Assembly: GCA_949373235.1 (NCBI GenBank)
Contig: CASICQ010000007.1
Location: 1,030-65,029 of the forward strand
Origin: Candidatus Poseidoniaceae archaeon
GTDB lineage: Archaea; Thermoplasmatota; Poseidoniia; Poseidoniales; Poseidoniaceae
Length of the DNA stretch: 64,000 nt
Direction: 5' to 3'
Within the stretch, counting starts at the first letter, position 1, and each line of letters opens with the position of its first letter. Under the pieces are notes generated by a model, which was given only the letters and a program-made list of their open reading frames with translations, ran no database searches and was not told the origin of the DNA. Shown in pieces: positions 28,080 to 38,085 of the stretch. Both the position numbers and the translations under genes were made by a program.

Positions 28080-28400
28080 ATGACCACCGGCTCGTGCCTC
28101 CAGCCAACGCTGGACGGGGGAGTCCTGATGATGATTGAAGTCCAACCCGGCGCACATCGCGACCGATTGCTCGGCGTCAACCAGTGGCGTTCAAGACTGG
28201 GCGTTGCCGTTCAGGCGCAAGCGCAAAAAGGACAAGCCAATCAAGCCGTAATCAGCTACCTGTGCGAAGTTCTCTCCCAACCAAAATCAAGCTGCAGCAT
28301 TGTGAACGGCCACACTTCAAGAAGCAAGACCGTTCGTTTTGAGAACATCGAACACGCAGAACTTCTGGGCACACTCACCCGCATGTTGGAGGAACAATGA
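28080..28400 (+). CDS. DUF167 (YggU/UPF0235) family protein
   Basis: EVQPGA, KGQANQA, GHTSRSK. Confidence 0.85.
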   Translation: MTTGSCLQPTLDGGVLMMIEVQPGAHRDRLLGVNQWRSRLGVAVQAQAQKGQANQAVISYLCEVLSQPKSSCSIVNGHTSRSKTVRFENIEHAELLGTLTRMLEEQ

Positions 28401-28885
28401 CTCGAGATACAAAGCATCGCTCGCCCCTTGGTTCAGGCGATGCAGCACTGCGTTTTCGTTCGGCCGGTGAAGCGTTAGCCGAAGCAAGAAGGCTCAATCG
28501 AATCGCGAATTGGCCGGTGTTGGTTGAGGGCAAACGAGACAAACTTGCGCTGTCTGTTCTTGGCTTTGCGGGGCCGATTGAAGTGCTCAATCGGGGCTGG
28601 CCCTTGGAGCGATTGGTTGCGTACCTCTACGAAACCTACGGACCAAGAAGTCCGGACGGGGGCCCTTCGATTTGCGTGTTGATGGATTGGGATCGCACGG
28701 GGGGGCGGCTGCAAAATGAATTACGGCGACGCCTAGAGGGCATGGATGTAAAAATCTCTGAAGCGTTACGAACGGTGCTGATGAAGGCGCTGAAGCCCGA
28801 AACGAGGGTCGTCGAATCCTTGAGAAGCATGGCTCATGAACTCGGCCCCTTCATCGATGAATACGACGCTGATCTCGAAGATTGA
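28397..28885 (+). CDS. Small Toprim-domain protein
   Basis: VLVEGKRD and LMDWDRTG Toprim motifs. Confidence 0.85.
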   Translation: MTRDTKHRSPLGSGDAALRFRSAGEALAEARRLNRIANWPVLVEGKRDKLALSVLGFAGPIEVLNRGWPLERLVAYLYETYGPRSPDGGPSICVLMDWDRTGGRLQNELRRRLEGMDVKISEALRTVLMKALKPETRVVESLRSMAHELGPFIDEYDADLED

Positions 28886-28888
28886 ACC

Positions 28889-29350
28889 TCAAGAATCATC
28901 GGCAACCAGACGGGGACGCCCTTCTTCCTTGACCGTATTGAGGACCACGTGGGTGTAAGAGCGGGCAACCCCCTCAAGAGTAAACACCGTTTTTGTCAAA
29001 TCGTCAAGATCCGCTCTGTCCTTTACCCGTGCCAGCACCATTGAATCCCAATCTCCAGTGACATCGTACACGGCGAAAACACGAGGGTCTGCCGCAATCT
29101 GAGTTTGAACGTCGATCATCCGCCCCTTCATGATTCGCAAACCAGCCATGATGGTCATCGACCAGCCGACTGCACTTGGATCAAGCATGACGCTGTACCC
29201 TTTGATGACACCCTTTTCTTCGAGGCGCCGCAAGCGGTTAAGAGCGGTCCCTTGAGCGATACCGACCTTCTTGGCCAACGCTCTTTGACTGATGCGAGCG
29301 TCTTCGAGCAAGACTTCGAGGATGGCTCGGTCGGTGTCATCGAGGTTCAT
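28889..29350 (-). CDS. Lrp/AsnC family transcriptional regulator
   Basis: LDDTDRAIL...DAR..., RLRRLEEKGVIKGY, VTGDWD. Confidence 0.95.
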   Translation of the reverse strand: MNLDDTDRAILEVLLEDARISQRALAKKVGIAQGTALNRLRRLEEKGVIKGYSVMLDPSAVGWSMTIMAGLRIMKGRMIDVQTQIAADPRVFAVYDVTGDWDSMVLARVKDRADLDDLTKTVFTLEGVARSYTHVVLNTVKEEGRPRLVADDS

Positions 29351-30540
29351 GCGTCATCACCAACTGTTGCTTTATCGCCATCACCTTCAACGCTTCGGAG
29401 AGCCTCTTTCGGTGATGGAAGCCGGAGGTATTGAGTCCAAGAACCAAGTTCTTCGACTTCAACATTGAGCGAAACATGGCAGTCTCGTTCTTCGAGGTTC
29501 TTGAACCGGACCGAGAATTCATGATGCCGCCCGGCATCGATTTTGATCCGCTTGAAACCACCGCGTATCACCCATGGCTCGAAGCAGGCGCACCCGTTGA
29601 GGGACAAGGGCTGGGTGCCAGCAAGCAGACGGAATTGCAACACGGGCGGGTCGGCGGTGGACCACTGCGCATCGATTTTCGGCATGCCTTTTTCTCGCTT
29701 AAAGGAACCAAGCACAGCACCCGATGCAACCACCGCGCACAGAAGAAGAATGAAACCGGGAAGGAAGAAATTACCGGCTGAAACGCCGTCCCAACTGGTC
29801 GGGGCTGAAGTGTGATACAGCCCGAGCAAACGGTTGCCTTCGTCGCCTTCGAGGCTGCCAAAGAAAGCCAGCGTGATGTGCCACCCGTGAGGTTGTGCGT
29901 CAAAATCGATTCCGGCAGCCAGCAAGTGGCTCGAAGGGATGAGCCATGTGGTTTCAGTGGTGTTGTTTGCATCGTTGAAGAATCCTACTTCAGGCATCAT
30001 GTCGCGCACCAAATTTTGTGCGACGCGACCATGGTGGTCAACCGCCCTGTCTTCACTGATAAAAATGGAAAGCACCGTGGAGTTGTCAAGGTTGAACCTG
30101 GGTGTGAAGGTCACAGGCATGGACAATGCTACGCCCCCCGTGTCGTCCCGAACAAGGTGTATCTCGCCTTCAAGGTCGATTACAAAATCATCGTATTGCT
30201 GGTCAGCCGCCCCTGAACGCGTTGGCTGACCGTCGTAAACCGTAACGGATTCATTCGGCAAACCGAGTTGTCCAATCCGGGCTTTCGCGTCGTCATCGGG
30301 CCAATTGGAACCTGTTTCATCGCTCCATGGCCACCACGACAAATGCACACCGTCACCAGATGCATGAGGGGCTTCGCCGGTGCGATCGATGAACGATTCA
30401 ATCAGCATTTGAGAAGGGTGTTCCGGCGCAGGTATTGCCTTGGAAACGGTGTCCACTTGATGATCTTCAGCAAGGGCGAATGGAGCCAGACAGCTGCAGA
30501 AAAGCAACAACAACGTTGGGAACAAAATCAAGCGCTGCAT
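29347..30540 (-). CDS. Hypothetical secreted/single-pass membrane protein
   Basis: Signal peptide and internal TM helix; overlaps the lrp start codon, suggesting an operon. Confidence 0.7.
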   Translation of the reverse strand: MQRLILFPTLLLLFCSCLAPFALAEDHQVDTVSKAIPAPEHPSQMLIESFIDRTGEAPHASGDGVHLSWWPWSDETGSNWPDDDAKARIGQLGLPNESVTVYDGQPTRSGAADQQYDDFVIDLEGEIHLVRDDTGGVALSMPVTFTPRFNLDNSTVLSIFISEDRAVDHHGRVAQNLVRDMMPEVGFFNDANNTTETTWLIPSSHLLAAGIDFDAQPHGWHITLAFFGSLEGDEGNRLLGLYHTSAPTSWDGVSAGNFFLPGFILLLCAVVASGAVLGSFKREKGMPKIDAQWSTADPPVLQFRLLAGTQPLSLNGCACFEPWVIRGGFKRIKIDAGRHHEFSVRFKNLEERDCHVSLNVEVEELGSWTQYLRLPSPKEALRSVEGDGDKATVGDDA

Positions 30541-30549
30541 ATCAAACCC

Positions 30550-32334
30550 TCATTCTTCCTCATCGGCCTCGGTTGGCATATCGAGTTTCATCCGCAGCAC
30601 ATCTCGGCCGACTCGATCGATCATCAACGTCAAACGCGCACCGACCCATCCTGACACCAGCGCAGGCCCACATGGCAAGTCGCAGGACATCAAAATTGGG
30701 CCCTCTTCCTCAAGCGGCCCAAACCGTTCCACATAGTCGTCCATCAGTGGAGACCATCCGCGCAGCATGCGTCGGAGCGTTTCGGGCGCAAGGCTGTGCC
30801 TCGGTGGGGCAATCAATGGACGCAGGGCGGGCACCGATTCCTGACGGGACCGCCAAATTTTCCGTTTCTGTGTGAATGCCGGCAGACCGACATGAATTAA
30901 TTTGAGTGGGTGGAAGGTTCCAGCAGGCCAGAGGTTCCCTTTTTTATTGGGGCATTGTTGACTGAAAATTCGTTCTTCAACCAGCTTCGGTGCGATGTTG
31001 AGCCGCTTTCCACGGTGCCACCACGACCAGTCGCTTTCCGTGATGCCGTAGCGCTGTTGAACCTCGTCGATGATGGGTTGAGGGGCTGGGAAAATGGAAT
31101 GCCGGTTCGGACCGGGCAGGTCAAGCACCATCGGCACCCAACCAGATTCTGGATTCTGGTAGCGCTTTGGAACGAACGTTCGTGCGAAATTCTCAGGGGT
31201 CGCTTCTGGCTTATGGCGCAGTCGGGCGACGAAAAATCCACCTGTGTCGTTGTCATGGTGGTACAAGCGAACGCAATGCGAAAGGCTTGCTTCAATCGTG
31301 GATTCGAGCGGTTCATCGACTTCAACTTCGAGTGCCTCTGCCATTGCTTTGCGTTGGTCGGGGGAGAAGTGAGAGGCATGGATGGACGGGGCTTTAAGTG
31401 CTGCTTGGCCGACATAAGGTTCACCCTCTTCATCCAAAATATCCCATGAACGAAGCCCTTCATGCAACTTCAAACCTTGGAGGTTCGAACGATCGATTGG
31501 AACGAGCTCGAGCCAAGGGGAACGCCTCAACAATTCCGCTACAACGGCTTCGTTCTCACAAGGGTCCATGCTGCATGTCGAGTAAATTAGGTCGTGACCT
31601 GGCCGCAACAAGTTGGCGCCTCGCCATGCAATCTCTACCTGCAATCTGAACAAACCTCGACCGGCTCTGGGCGTCCATTTCCACCAGACGTTGCGGTTTT
31701 TCCTTGATGTTGCCGAACCCGTGCAGGGAACATCAGCAACGATACCATCGTATCCAGGAGGGGGGATTCTTCCAAGATGCCTGCCGTCCTGTTGGTTGAT
31801 CAGCATGTTTGAGATGGCCAATCGGCCGCGGTTTGAAACCAACATGTTGACCCTGCCGGATGCCGGCTCGTTCGCCACAACAACTCCTTCCGGGTGAATG
31901 GCTTCTGCGATTTGAGTGGCTTTTGAACCCGGTGCGGCGCACATGTCAAGGATCAGTTCACCAGAGGTGGGTTGGAGCACAACAACTGGCAGCATGCTCG
32001 CTGCTTCTTGACGGGTGATGCGCCCAGATTCGTGCATCAAGGCCATGATGTGTTTGGCCCGTGCATCAGGGGCCTGACCTCGAGCGAAGGGCATCTGCCA
32101 AGCAAAGCCATCTTGGGCCCAAGCCAATGGTTTGCCGCCGATGGAGGACAAGATCGATTCCGTCCATTCACGGTCATACCTGTTCGGGGTGATTCGGAAG
32201 GTTTCCGGAAGCGATTCGGTCGCTGAAGACAACCATGCGTCAAGGTTCAGCCCAAGGTTCGCGGCGAGTTTGGCCAATGGCGTGTCCCTTGCCACGGCGA
32301 GCAGGTCTTGGTCTTGCCATTCGCCCCCCCCCAT
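30550..32334 (-). CDS. RsmB/NOP2/NSUN family RNA m5C methyltransferase
   Basis: QEAASM, DMCAAPGSK, ADVPCTG, YSTCS, ENEAVV, DTGGFFVA. Confidence 0.93.
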   Translation of the reverse strand: MGGGEWQDQDLLAVARDTPLAKLAANLGLNLDAWLSSATESLPETFRITPNRYDREWTESILSSIGGKPLAWAQDGFAWQMPFARGQAPDARAKHIMALMHESGRITRQEAASMLPVVVLQPTSGELILDMCAAPGSKATQIAEAIHPEGVVVANEPASGRVNMLVSNRGRLAISNMLINQQDGRHLGRIPPPGYDGIVADVPCTGSATSRKNRNVWWKWTPRAGRGLFRLQVEIAWRGANLLRPGHDLIYSTCSMDPCENEAVVAELLRRSPWLELVPIDRSNLQGLKLHEGLRSWDILDEEGEPYVGQAALKAPSIHASHFSPDQRKAMAEALEVEVDEPLESTIEASLSHCVRLYHHDNDTGGFFVARLRHKPEATPENFARTFVPKRYQNPESGWVPMVLDLPGPNRHSIFPAPQPIIDEVQQRYGITESDWSWWHRGKRLNIAPKLVEERIFSQQCPNKKGNLWPAGTFHPLKLIHVGLPAFTQKRKIWRSRQESVPALRPLIAPPRHSLAPETLRRMLRGWSPLMDDYVERFGPLEEEGPILMSCDLPCGPALVSGWVGARLTLMIDRVGRDVLRMKLDMPTEADEEE

Positions 32335-32393
32335 GCCTCTCGGTTCGGCCGCCTCGCTATTTTGCTTCCGCCATGCTCAAGGGGTGAGTCCTT

Positions 32394-33779
32394 GTGGTCG
32401 AAATCATGTTGGGGGACACCTTGCCGTGGTTTTTCCCTGTGTTAGCCCTCGTGTTGTGCCTGTGGTTGATGATCGGATCGATTGAAAAGAAAAACCCTGG
32501 CGATGCTGACGCAGGTTCAGGCTTCCTACCGTTGCTTGTCCATTGGATCCCCCCGGTGATGTTCGCGTGGTTGTTTCTTCATCGCTTTATTGCGATTATG
32601 ACCTCAGATTCCTCGCACATGGAGGTGCTCCAATTTCTACCAGACGGGGCATCTGTGGCCAATCGGATGACCCTGTTATTTGCCGGACAAGGCGGACTTG
32701 AATTCGCAGCCTTGAGCGCTGCGGTGTTTGCGGTATGTTCCCATCGGCTCCCGAGCGTGATCGCCATGGGAGCGCAAGCTGCAACGGCTGTGCGCCAGCG
32801 AATGATGATGTATTGCGCGCTGTGTTTGCTGCTCAGCGCAGGCGTTTTTTTCCCGGAACAAGCCTACACTGCATCGAATCCTTTGCCGATGGACATCGTC
32901 GGGAAGATCCCCCCTCTCTCAGCCGCCCTCTTGCCGGTGCTCTTTGCCCTGATGGTGATGTTTGGTGGAGAATTATTTGCTGCCTCAAGCGTCTATAACA
33001 TCGATGCAGATTTTTCTATTTTGGCCAAAAAAGCAACCGTCAAGTGCGTGGTGCTGACCTGTCTTTGCCTTGCTTGGCTGTCAACTGAACCACTGATTTG
33101 GTCTGATTGGAAGAGCGATCCCGCAACGCCAACCCACCTCGTAGCGTTGCTCATGATGGTTCATGCCACCGTCGTTTTAGCCGCTGTATTGCAGCCATCG
33201 AGGCGCATTGAAACGCGTCTGGTTCATGGCGAAGCGAGAAGCGTTGCGCTCTTAGTGAATGTAGGCGTAATCGCTGTTCTCATGCTGCTGTCCACCGCTT
33301 TGTTGTTGCGAAAAGAGTCGACGTTTAGCGCTGGAGGGGGCGCGACCCTCTATGCGCTGTGGCTGTGCACGGCGGTGCTTGGTGCAATGCTGTTGGTTCA
33401 ATTCATGCCGACGCTTGGATTTGATGCAGCGCCCAGGCCAGAAACATGGTGGCTTCGAGCAATGGGGCTCGTCGTCCCGATGATTGTGATGGCCATAACG
33501 CCTCTAGGGGTTTATCTTATTCCGGCAGTTTGGCTTGCTTTGGCATGGAGCATCGTTGTGCCTTGGATGATCGAGTCGGATGTCCAATCGCCGTCAATGG
33601 GCTTCGTGGTGCTTCCGTTGGTCGCGGCGACATGCGCCGCCCTAGCGCTACCAATGCTTGCCAGTCATGCCTTCCTTGCCGGTTTGTTGGCCAGCCTTCC
33701 CGCGTTGCTGGTCGCTGTGTTGGGTATGTTGGTGCACAAACCATCAGCCACACCAAACCCCTCCGAAAACCGGCCTTGA
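32394..33779 (+). CDS. Multi-pass membrane protein, unknown function
   Basis: 461-aa ORF with many hydrophobic helices. Confidence 0.75.
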   Translation: MVEIMLGDTLPWFFPVLALVLCLWLMIGSIEKKNPGDADAGSGFLPLLVHWIPPVMFAWLFLHRFIAIMTSDSSHMEVLQFLPDGASVANRMTLLFAGQGGLEFAALSAAVFAVCSHRLPSVIAMGAQAATAVRQRMMMYCALCLLLSAGVFFPEQAYTASNPLPMDIVGKIPPLSAALLPVLFALMVMFGGELFAASSVYNIDADFSILAKKATVKCVVLTCLCLAWLSTEPLIWSDWKSDPATPTHLVALLMMVHATVVLAAVLQPSRRIETRLVHGEARSVALLVNVGVIAVLMLLSTALLLRKESTFSAGGGATLYALWLCTAVLGAMLLVQFMPTLGFDAAPRPETWWLRAMGLVVPMIVMAITPLGVYLIPAVWLALAWSIVVPWMIESDVQSPSMGFVVLPLVAATCAALALPMLASHAFLAGLLASLPALLVAVLGMLVHKPSATPNPSENRP

Positions 33780-33864
33780 GAGGGCCATCATCGTCGCGCT
33801 TCTTATAGCCAATTCAGGAAGCCTCGCAACTGGAATCTCCGGATTTCATGGGATGGGACCCTAC

Positions 33865-34221
33865 ATGGCACGAGCATTTAGAGAAGGCGTAGAGCAGAAC
33901 AAGCGAATCAAAACGAACGTCCGACGGCGCAGTTGGAGCCCTTTGAGGGACTTGCGCGGACTGAAGACAAGAACCGAGCGCATCGGTGAAGCGATGGGTC
34001 CACTGGTCGAAATACCGGCTATGGTTCGAATTGAAAACGAACATTGGGTTTTCGAGCGCATCGAAGAAGGCGTGCTCTACAACCTCACACACAAACTCAT
34101 ATTGCACGAAGAAGAAGGTGAGAAAATCATTGGTGCTACAACCGATATGGAAACAGCAATGAAGGTTGCCAAGTGCATGGCCATCAAGGAACAACGAATC
34201 ATTATGATTCAACCGCTGTGA
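33865..34221 (+). CDS. Hypothetical protein
   Basis: 118-aa ORF from MARAFREG, downstream of a TATA-like CTTATAG. Confidence 0.65.
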   Translation: MARAFREGVEQNKRIKTNVRRRSWSPLRDLRGLKTRTERIGEAMGPLVEIPAMVRIENEHWVFERIEEGVLYNLTHKLILHEEEGEKIIGATTDMETAMKVAKCMAIKEQRIIMIQPL

Positions 34222-34294
34222 CCCTTTTAGGCCACACGATTTCTTGGTGTTCCAAAAACACAGCGTCATATACCCCCTTTTCCTTCTTATTCTC

Positions 34295-34534
34295 ATGGAC
34301 GGAACACTGTCAGAAACGAAGAAGGGAATTACAGCCACAAACATCGCAGGGTACACACTCGGCTTACTGGGGCTTTTCACCATAGTAGGAACATCATCAA
34401 TCGCCGCAATCTTACCGTTGCTCTTTGCACCGGTCGTTTGCGCGGTTTTCGGTTTGCTCCTCTACCGATCGCAACCAAACAACGTGCAAACAGCAATCGC
34501 AGTTGGAGTCACGGCCACATCAACCCAAAACTGA
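34295..34534 (+). CDS. Small two-TM membrane protein
   Basis: MDGTLSE..., two hydrophobic segments. Confidence 0.55.
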   Translation: MDGTLSETKKGITATNIAGYTLGLLGLFTIVGTSSIAAILPLLFAPVVCAVFGLLLYRSQPNNVQTAIAVGVTATSTQN

Positions 34535-34814
34535 ATGTGAAATTGCGCTCTGTGTGATACCCGCACGCTGCATTGAAACAAAGCCCAGGAATGGGGTTCG
34601 AGACAAGAACCCAGTGCCCTTGGTGATTCATCGGAAGCACAAACGCTACGGGATGATTTTAAAATCAGATCAAAGGGTTTCTGGACCACCAGAGGCAATG
34701 GTGGGCAACTGCCTGAGTTCACCGTAAAAATCAAACTAAATCTTTCAGTTGAACCGATTTTCATCCACAGCACGCCTTGAAGGGCGGTATGCTGTGTTTT
34801 GCCCGTATATGGCC

Positions 34815-35006
34815 TCAGAAGAGGTCCAAGATAGCGCCGACAACGCCCTGGTTAACGAGGTAGAAAAACGCACCAAGTGCGATGCATGCGAAGTAGACTT
34901 GGCCGGGGGTAATCTTCCAAGCGTCTTCAGACTCCTCATCGAAGTAGCGAATAAGACCTGCAGCCTGCTGAATTCCGCTGCCATCGGATTTCTTCTTAGA
35001 AGCCAT
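34815..35006 (-). CDS. secG: Preprotein translocase subunit Sec61-beta (archaeal SecG)
   Basis: SGIQQAAGLIRYFDEES...KITP followed by a single TM helix. Confidence 0.9.
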   Translation of the reverse strand: MASKKKSDGSGIQQAAGLIRYFDEESEDAWKITPGQVYFACIALGAFFYLVNQGVVGAILDLF

Positions 35007-35072
35007 GTGAATCAATCTCTGCGAGATGCCTCCCCTTTATCAACGCGACGCGGCCAAGGCAAGCGCCCAAAA

Positions 35073-35954
35073 TCACTCTTCTTCTTCATCTAGGGACGTA
35101 AGATCCACAATTTCGAGGTGGGCATGGTCAGAAAATTGGGAAGATGACTCGGTTCTGAGAAGCATGCCATCAGGAGCTGCAGCGGCGTAATCTGAACTCA
35201 ACAATCCGGTTCCCGGATCTGCTTCAATCAAGGCCGCCTCGATGCGAGCAAGAGCTCGCTCCAACCCCGGTGCGTTCTCGTCGGCCAGAGCATTGCGGGC
35301 GATATCGAGATCGAATTGGGCTGCTGCAAAAGACACTTGGGCTTTCTCTAGGATCCACTCTGGGCCTTCCTCCTGCATTTTCATCCTCTTCTCAACCTCG
35401 GTTGATCGTTGCTCAAGCACTTCGATTGAGGCTTCAAACGTGGCCTGAGCCGCCTCCATGCCTTCCCGCCAAACACCTTCATTGGTCTTTAGGGTTACAG
35501 AGGAGTGGTGCTTAGCAAGCCATTTACCAGCGGCTTTTTGATGCCTAAACTCCCAGGGGTTTCTGCCAATTGATGCTTTCAAATCAAACATCAGCCGCAT
35601 GCGTTGCTCGAATGGGCCGGTGATTTCGATTGCATTGAGGTACCCCGAATTGAACAAACCGAAGCCCCAGTAGGCATCGGATTCGATTCGAACGCTAAGC
35701 ACGCCGCTTTGCGTTTCGAAAACCCAGCGTTGCTCGTTGAATTTAGGAGGCTGAGAAAAATGAGGGGTGTCAGGTTGAGATAGGTTCGCTAAGAGAGCGG
35801 TTGCAACGTCACCAAGGTAAACCAAATTGCTCGGTAACGTGAAGCCTTTTGGCCGCAAGAGGTTGCTGTCAAGCTCAACCTTGTGGTTTGCATTGGCTCG
35901 ATGAACTTGGGCAAAAATCCGACTCACTCCCGGCGCCAAACTCCCCCCTGCCAT
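35073..35954 (-). CDS. Hypothetical protein with C-terminal helical/coiled-coil region
   Basis: About 293-aa ORF with acidic C-terminus. Confidence 0.7.
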   Translation of the reverse strand: MAGGSLAPGVSRIFAQVHRANANHKVELDSNLLRPKGFTLPSNLVYLGDVATALLANLSQPDTPHFSQPPKFNEQRWVFETQSGVLSVRIESDAYWGFGLFNSGYLNAIEITGPFEQRMRLMFDLKASIGRNPWEFRHQKAAGKWLAKHHSSVTLKTNEGVWREGMEAAQATFEASIEVLEQRSTEVEKRMKMQEEGPEWILEKAQVSFAAAQFDLDIARNALADENAPGLERALARIEAALIEADPGTGLLSSDYAAAAPDGMLLRTESSSQFSDHAHLEIVDLTSLDEEEE

Positions 35955-36057
35955 GACCCTCGGTTGTGGCTCCAATGCATCAATGCGACCCCTTTATGAT
36001 TTCTCAGAGGCGGAAGTATTGAAGGGCGCCACCTCGCATGGCGATGCAAGTGAGACA

Positions 36058-36609
36058 ATGACTGCCAAGAAGGGTTCCTCCAAGATTGAAGCATTAACTG
36101 CATTGCCTGGTGTTGGCGCTGCGACCGCAAAGAAACTCATCGAAGCAAAAATGGACAGCGTTTCGAAGATCGCTGGTGCAGGTTCAAAGAAACTTCAAGA
36201 CGCTGGACTAAGCGCTGTTGTTGCCAAAAAGGTAAGCGCCGCTGCCAAGGCTGCTGAAAAGGCAAAAACTGCAACCAAAGCCACGGCTTCCAAGGCCAAA
36301 AAAGCCACCAAAGCAACCGCTTCGAAGGCCAAATCCGCTACCAAAACAACCGCTACTAAAGCAAAATCCGCCTCCAAGAAAGTTGCTGCAAAGGCCAGCA
36401 AATCGACTAAAGCAGCGGCATCGAAGGCCTCGTCTGCGACACAAAAGGTTGCTTCAAAGGCCAAAAGTAAGGCAAAAGCCGCAGCAGCCAAAGGAAAGGA
36501 CGCTGTCAGCAAAACTGTTCCTGCAAAGAAATCCAAGGATGGCCGCAAAGGATCCACGCTCAGCGTTCCCCGTAGCGTTCAAGATATGCCTTGGTTTAAG
36601 AAAAAGTGA
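36058..36609 (+). CDS. Helix-hairpin-helix protein with histone H1-like Lys/Ala-rich repeats
   Basis: LTALPGVGAATAKKL HhH motif; repeated KATASKAK units. Confidence 0.85.
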   Translation: MTAKKGSSKIEALTALPGVGAATAKKLIEAKMDSVSKIAGAGSKKLQDAGLSAVVAKKVSAAAKAAEKAKTATKATASKAKKATKATASKAKSATKTTATKAKSASKKVAAKASKSTKAAASKASSATQKVASKAKSKAKAAAAKGKDAVSKTVPAKKSKDGRKGSTLSVPRSVQDMPWFKKK

Positions 36610-36666
36610 CGCCGATGATTGCGTTTAAGCGCTATTATTGAAAACCGTCATTGACCACAATCATTC

Positions 36667-36849
36667 ATGCCAAGGAGGAAGTACGGCCGTTTACGGAAAG
36701 CGGTTGAACTTCCCTCGAAGGAAAATTGTTCGCGGTGCCGGTCGGGTAAATTCTGTCCACTTGACGGTCATTCGGGCCAAGATGTGGTTCCAAAGCGTGC
36801 ATGGGCTGGCCCTGCTGCTGTTGCAAAGCGCAAAGCAAAGCGAAAATAA
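36667..36849 (+). CDS. Small basic zinc-finger protein (CxxC-x5-C-x4-H)
   Basis: MPRRKYGRLRK...CSRCRSGKFCPLDGH...KRKAKRK; TTTAAG box upstream; stop abuts the xerA stop. Confidence 0.65.
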   Translation: MPRRKYGRLRKAVELPSKENCSRCRSGKFCPLDGHSGQDVVPKRAWAGPAAVAKRKAKRK

Positions 36850-37944
36850 TCACTCGACGCCGTATGCGCTTGTAGAGGGCGTGTTTTCTTCCACAGCTTG
36901 GATGCCTTCGGTTGCTTCTGCAGCGGCCTCGATGGTCTCTCTGGTCGCTTGAGCTCGATGGTATACTTCACGCAGTGTTTGATCTGATATTTCGAGGTAG
37001 ACGCGAGTTGTGGCGATGCTGGAATGGCCGAGGAGCCGCTGAATGGTGACCAAATCGGCACCGCGTTCCAAAAGTCCGGTTGCGAAATTATGCCGTAGCA
37101 CGTGCGGTGTCAACTTTCCTTTGGGCAAGGAAGCCTCGGCTGCAAGCCTGTCCATCAGCCGCTGCACGCCCCGTGGTTGAAGTCGGCGTCCAGCAGAATT
37201 CAACAGGAATGCAAAATCTTCGCCTTTTCTGCGCGCTTCTCGAACCGGAATCCAAGCATGTATGCGTTCGAGCGTTCGGCGAGTGAACAGCACAAGTCGA
37301 TCCTTGTCCCCTTTCCCTCCAAAGACCCGCGCAGAGCCATCTTCAAGATCGATGTCATTGATGTCAAGGTTGCACACCTCGCTGACGCGCAAGCCCGTGT
37401 CAAGCATCATGGTCACAACAATTGAAGCAACGGGATTTTCACTGTTGGCTGACGCTTCGAGCACCATCGACATTTCTCGACGGGTAAGCGTTCGCGGCAG
37501 GCGCCGCCCGGTGCGCGCACGGGCCAAATGATCAGGCCAGCGGTGGCCAAGCCACTTCAGCAGGTGCCTTGCAGCAGCCAACCGTGCGTTGTAGGTGGTC
37601 GGTCTGAGTTCCGAAAGGGAATGCGTCCAACGATCCAGACGGCCGTTGAGTGGCTCCATCCGTTCGGCTAGCTCTTCGATGCTCATGGATTGGTACGCGC
37701 TTTCATCGAGAACCAACTCTCCTGGCAACGTCGTTTCCACCAAAGCCCTCAAACCGCTGGCATAGGACTTCTGGGTGTTTTCGGATTTGTTTTCGGAGCG
37801 CAAGGCTTGGCGATAACTGGTCACCCATGGAAGATCGGCCATGTGAACAAGACGAGGAGGAAGTTCAACTGTCGACGCGTCAAGCCTTCGTTGGCTTGGT
37901 TTCAGCGCCTTGCGTTGCCGCTCGTTTGTTCTCCGCTTTTCCAT
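36850..37944 (-). CDS. xerA: Tyrosine recombinase XerA/XerC-like
   Basis: Complete catalytic set: GLRVSE, GKGDKDR, HVLRH, LLGH, TRVY. Confidence 0.88.
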   Translation of the reverse strand: MEKRRTNERQRKALKPSQRRLDASTVELPPRLVHMADLPWVTSYRQALRSENKSENTQKSYASGLRALVETTLPGELVLDESAYQSMSIEELAERMEPLNGRLDRWTHSLSELRPTTYNARLAAARHLLKWLGHRWPDHLARARTGRRLPRTLTRREMSMVLEASANSENPVASIVVTMMLDTGLRVSEVCNLDINDIDLEDGSARVFGGKGDKDRLVLFTRRTLERIHAWIPVREARRKGEDFAFLLNSAGRRLQPRGVQRLMDRLAAEASLPKGKLTPHVLRHNFATGLLERGADLVTIQRLLGHSSIATTRVYLEISDQTLREVYHRAQATRETIEAAAEATEGIQAVEENTPSTSAYGVE

Positions 37945-38085
37945 TGGCGTTCACCGCCTCCCGCCTGAGCGAGTGTGCATCCCGTGCTCCGAAGAGCAGT
38001 TTCAGTACCGTATGGTCCCATATCAAACCACCGCGCGATGTCACGGTTGCCAAAACCGCTTCAGCAGGAGTTTGTTTTCGCCGAC

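Noticed and set aside
36200-36500. Repetitive DNA resembling a tandem repeat or CRISPR array
   Set aside because: Degenerate codon-level repeats encoding the KATASKAK protein tail; no constant repeat with unique spacers and no cas genes.
36667-36849. Calling this ORF ribosomal protein L40e or L37e
   Set aside because: Cys/His spacing does not match those families, so it is left unnamed.
36850-37944. Integrase marking a provirus or integrative element
   Set aside because: No viral, plasmid or att features in the flanks; housekeeping neighbours and host-like composition fit chromosomal XerA.
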